Virus record (IMG/VR): IMGVR_UViG_3300010219_000041
Location: 1-6,191 of that record
DNA length: 6,191 nucleotides
Direction: 5' to 3' (one strand)
From: a virus
Part shown: one piece after another, positions 4,855-6,191 of the stretch
How positions within the stretch are numbered: the first letter of the stretch is position 1
How the letters are laid out: every line of letters begins with the position of its first letter
Position numbers and translations under genes: made by a program
The notes under the pieces: generated by a model
Database searches by the model: none
The model's input: the letters and a program-made list of their open reading frames with translations, nothing else
Told to the model about the DNA's origin: nothing

Positions 4855-5913
4855 TCACTTCTCCATTGATCGAGCAGGTTCGTGCACCCGTGACACGCCG
4901 CCGGCCACAGCGGATTTTTCTAAACGGTGCGGCACACCAGGTACGTGCAGCAGGTCGTAAAGGGCCTTGTAATCCATGCCCAGCTCATGCGCGAGCTGGT
5001 AAATCGTTTTGCCGTACGCGGTCACGAGGTAATGCGTGAGGCGCTTCAACACAACGGTGCGCTCTTCGCTCACGACGTCCCGCTGATCGGTTTTGATACG
5101 GGTCTTGATGGACTCGACCAGGTCCTCAAGCGCGATGAACGCACCCGCGAAATACGTGGTCGGATTGATGACGATGTCGTGCGGGATGACGCGATCCTTA
5201 TTGCCGAAACGAATTTCGATCCGAAGCCATTCGCTAGACGGGTCGCCGAGCTGCTTGCCCTTCTCGTAGATGCAGAGCTCTTTGCCGTTGGCCTTCTTGC
5301 CCAGGTACAGCGTGCGCCCCAACGCATGGAGGTCGCCGCTATGACCGCCCTCAAAATAGCGCCTGGTCGGAATGCGTCCGCCACAGTTGAACTCGCCGGA
5401 GCGGTACAGATCATCGAACTGGTCGAGGGTGAAGCCTTCCAGCAGGTCGAGCGCTGTATCGGCACGCGTGATCCGCGCATCGAGGTCCTGCAGCGTCGCG
5501 TACACCGCCTGCCAATCGCTGACCATCGAGCAGCCCTTGCCGGTCAGGTCGACCATCATCGTGCTGCCGGTACTGCTGCCACCCAGGGCAACTGTGCCGA
5601 CCTTGACGAACTCGGCATCGATCCAGACCATGAGATCGAAGCTGGACTTGTAGCCGAACATCCCTTTCTCGGCAGGCAGGAAATTGATCGGGATCGAAAA
5701 CCAGAGAGCGAAGTAACGCTTCAAAACGTCCAGAGCCTCTACCTCACTGCCTACCGGCAGGAAGGTAAAACGAAGCCAGTCGATGATCGCCAGACGCTGA
5801 TGTGTTGACGTTCCGTCACTTTCCCCCCGTATTACAGTACGGGGGGAGCCGCCTGCGGCGGCCGCGCCCGTTCGCTGCGCTCCGTGGGCGCGTCCTTCTC
5901 CGGCGGCGATCAT
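4855..5913 (-). CDS. Rolling-circle replication initiator, Rep_trans family (pII/RstA-like, 352 aa)
   Basis: I recognise the Rep_trans motif series: IIDWLRFTF, ITRADTALD, TLYLGKKANGKELCIYEKGKQLG, WLRIEIRF. It is the first large gene of the operon. The ATG at 5913 overlaps the upstream ORF's stop (ATGA). Confidence 0.8.
   Translation of the reverse strand: MIAAGEGRAHGAQRTGAAAAGGSPRTVIRGESDGTSTHQRLAIIDWLRFTFLPVGSEVEALDVLKRYFALWFSIPINFLPAEKGMFGYKSSFDLMVWIDAEFVKVGTVALGGSSTGSTMMVDLTGKGCSMVSDWQAVYATLQDLDARITRADTALDLLEGFTLDQFDDLYRSGEFNCGGRIPTRRYFEGGHSGDLHALGRTLYLGKKANGKELCIYEKGKQLGDPSSEWLRIEIRFGNKDRVIPHDIVINPTTYFAGAFIALEDLVESIKTRIKTDQRDVVSEERTVVLKRLTHYLVTAYGKTIYQLAHELGMDYKALYDLLHVPGVPHRLEKSAVAGGVSRVHEPARSMEK
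5822..5847. other. Perfect 10-bp GC-rich hairpin inside the rep 5' coding region
   Basis: TCCCCCCGTA (5822-5831), loop TTACAG (5832-5837), TACGGGGGGA (5838-5847). No T-tract follows on either strand, so it is not an intrinsic terminator. Confidence 0.7.
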
Positions 5914-6113
5914 TGAACACGCTCCAGCTCGACAACCGCCCAGGCCAACTGGCGAGCGACGTAGTGCTCGCCAAGCACGTCATGTTTCTTGATCAGTAAA
6001 TCGATGTAGTCCTGCACCTGGTCCGCGTTCATACGCGACGAAAAGTGAGAATTGGAGAGAATCTGAGAACGCTCTCGTTGACCAGTTGCCGGTTTACCAC
6101 TAGGATTCATCAT
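5910..6113 (-). CDS. Small hypothetical protein (67 aa from the ATG at 6113), first gene of the leftward operon
   Basis: The ORF is open to the rep start, with an ATGA stop/start overlap at 5910-5913. I trimmed the start from the track's TTG at 6176, which would run through the control region. No clear SD and no recognisable motif, so the start is uncertain (an alternative ATG is at 6032). Confidence 0.4.
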   Translation of the reverse strand: MMNPSGKPATGQRERSQILSNSHFSSRMNADQVQDYIDLLIKKHDVLGEHYVARQLAWAVVELERVQ

Positions 6114-6186
6114 GTTCTCGCAGAAGAAAGAATTCTTACAGACGCGAGAGTATTCTCGCAGCCGCGAGATTGTCAAGGAGAAAGCA
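6114..6186. promoter_or_regulatory. Divergent control region between the leftward operon and the HTH regulator, with a candidate leftward sigma70 promoter and operator-like half-sites
   Basis: The minus strand reads TTGACA (6176-6171), a 16-nt spacer, then AATACT (6154-6149). GCGAGA/TCTCGC half-sites are at 6116-6121, 6144-6149, 6154-6159 and 6164-6169. These include the palindrome GCGAGA-GTAT-TCTCGC, which overlaps the -10 and spacer. TTCTCGCAG occurs twice (6115-6123, 6153-6161). Confidence 0.5.
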
Positions 6187-6191
6187 ATGAA
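6137..6191. repeat. Terminal direct repeat, copy 2 (identical to 1-55)
   Basis: Exact 55/55 identity with 1-55. It includes the SD and the first 5 nt of the 51-533 CDS. Confidence 0.95.

Larger units (their letters stand above)
1..6136 (-). mobile_element. Complete filamentous phage (inovirus-like) genome unit, circularly permuted; most genes lie on the minus strand
   Basis: The gene order is canonical for inoviruses: Rep, ssDNA-binding, small membrane protein, major coat, adsorption protein, pVI-like, Zot/pI-like. A divergent HTH regulator is also present. An exact 55-nt terminal overlap closes the circle at 6136 bp. Confidence 0.85.

Noticed and set aside
4170-5808. Two long plus-strand ORFs (4170-5039 and 4927-5808) antisense to rep, the ssDNA-binding gene and the small membrane protein gene
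   Set aside because: Their composition is Arg/Ala-rich with no recognisable domains. They overlap the motif-supported Rep_trans gene on the opposite strand. Antisense open frames are expected at this GC content.
6136-6141. TTACAG, the loop sequence of the rep hairpin (5832-5837), recurring in the control region as a possible shared Rep nick motif
   Set aside because: A single 6-mer is expected to recur by chance several times in 6 kb on two strands. The flanking bases do not match, so this is not evidence on its own.
6114-6176. TTG at 6176 as the start of the small leftward ORF (88 aa)
   Set aside because: That TTG is the first three bases of the TTGACA -35 element. The extension would cover the whole divergent control region and overlap the regulator's SD.
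1-6191. Looked for tRNA/rRNA genes, CRISPR arrays, an integrase or transposase, toxin cargo or defence genes
   Set aside because: No cloverleaf-like or repeat-spacer structures were seen. After the inovirus core genes are assigned, no coding capacity remains apart from the small ORFs already listed.

Overview
The window is one complete, circularly permuted genome of a small filamentous phage (Inoviridae-like), about 6136 bp. Bases 1-55 are repeated exactly at 6137-6191, so the two ends of the window overlap. A tightly packed minus-strand operon runs from about 6113 down to 904. In order it encodes: a small unknown ORF; a Rep_trans-type rolling-circle initiator (pII/RstA-like); a putative ssDNA-binding protein; a small membrane protein; the major coat protein (pVIII-like); an intrinsic terminator; a 19-codon micro-ORF; a pIII-like adsorption protein; a pVI-like protein; and a Zot/pI-like assembly ATPase. 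One plus-strand gene (51-533) encodes an XRE-type HTH regulator. It is transcribed divergently from the operon across a 73-bp control region full of GCGAGA/TCTCGC half-sites. The only sizeable non-coding stretch (587-903) holds convergent terminators, a GC hairpin and an AT-rich island. I see no secretin (pIV), integrase, tRNA or CRISPR. The most interesting points are the putative repressor/operator switch, a hairpin cluster embedded in the 5' end of rep (candidate origin), the SD-driven micro-ORF coupled to the pIII start, and the unassigned intergenic elements. Functional calls rest on motifs I recognise by eye, protein architecture and conserved inovirus gene order; no searches were run. 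The host is unknown; the GC-rich composition suggests a beta- or gamma-proteobacterium, which is inference only.
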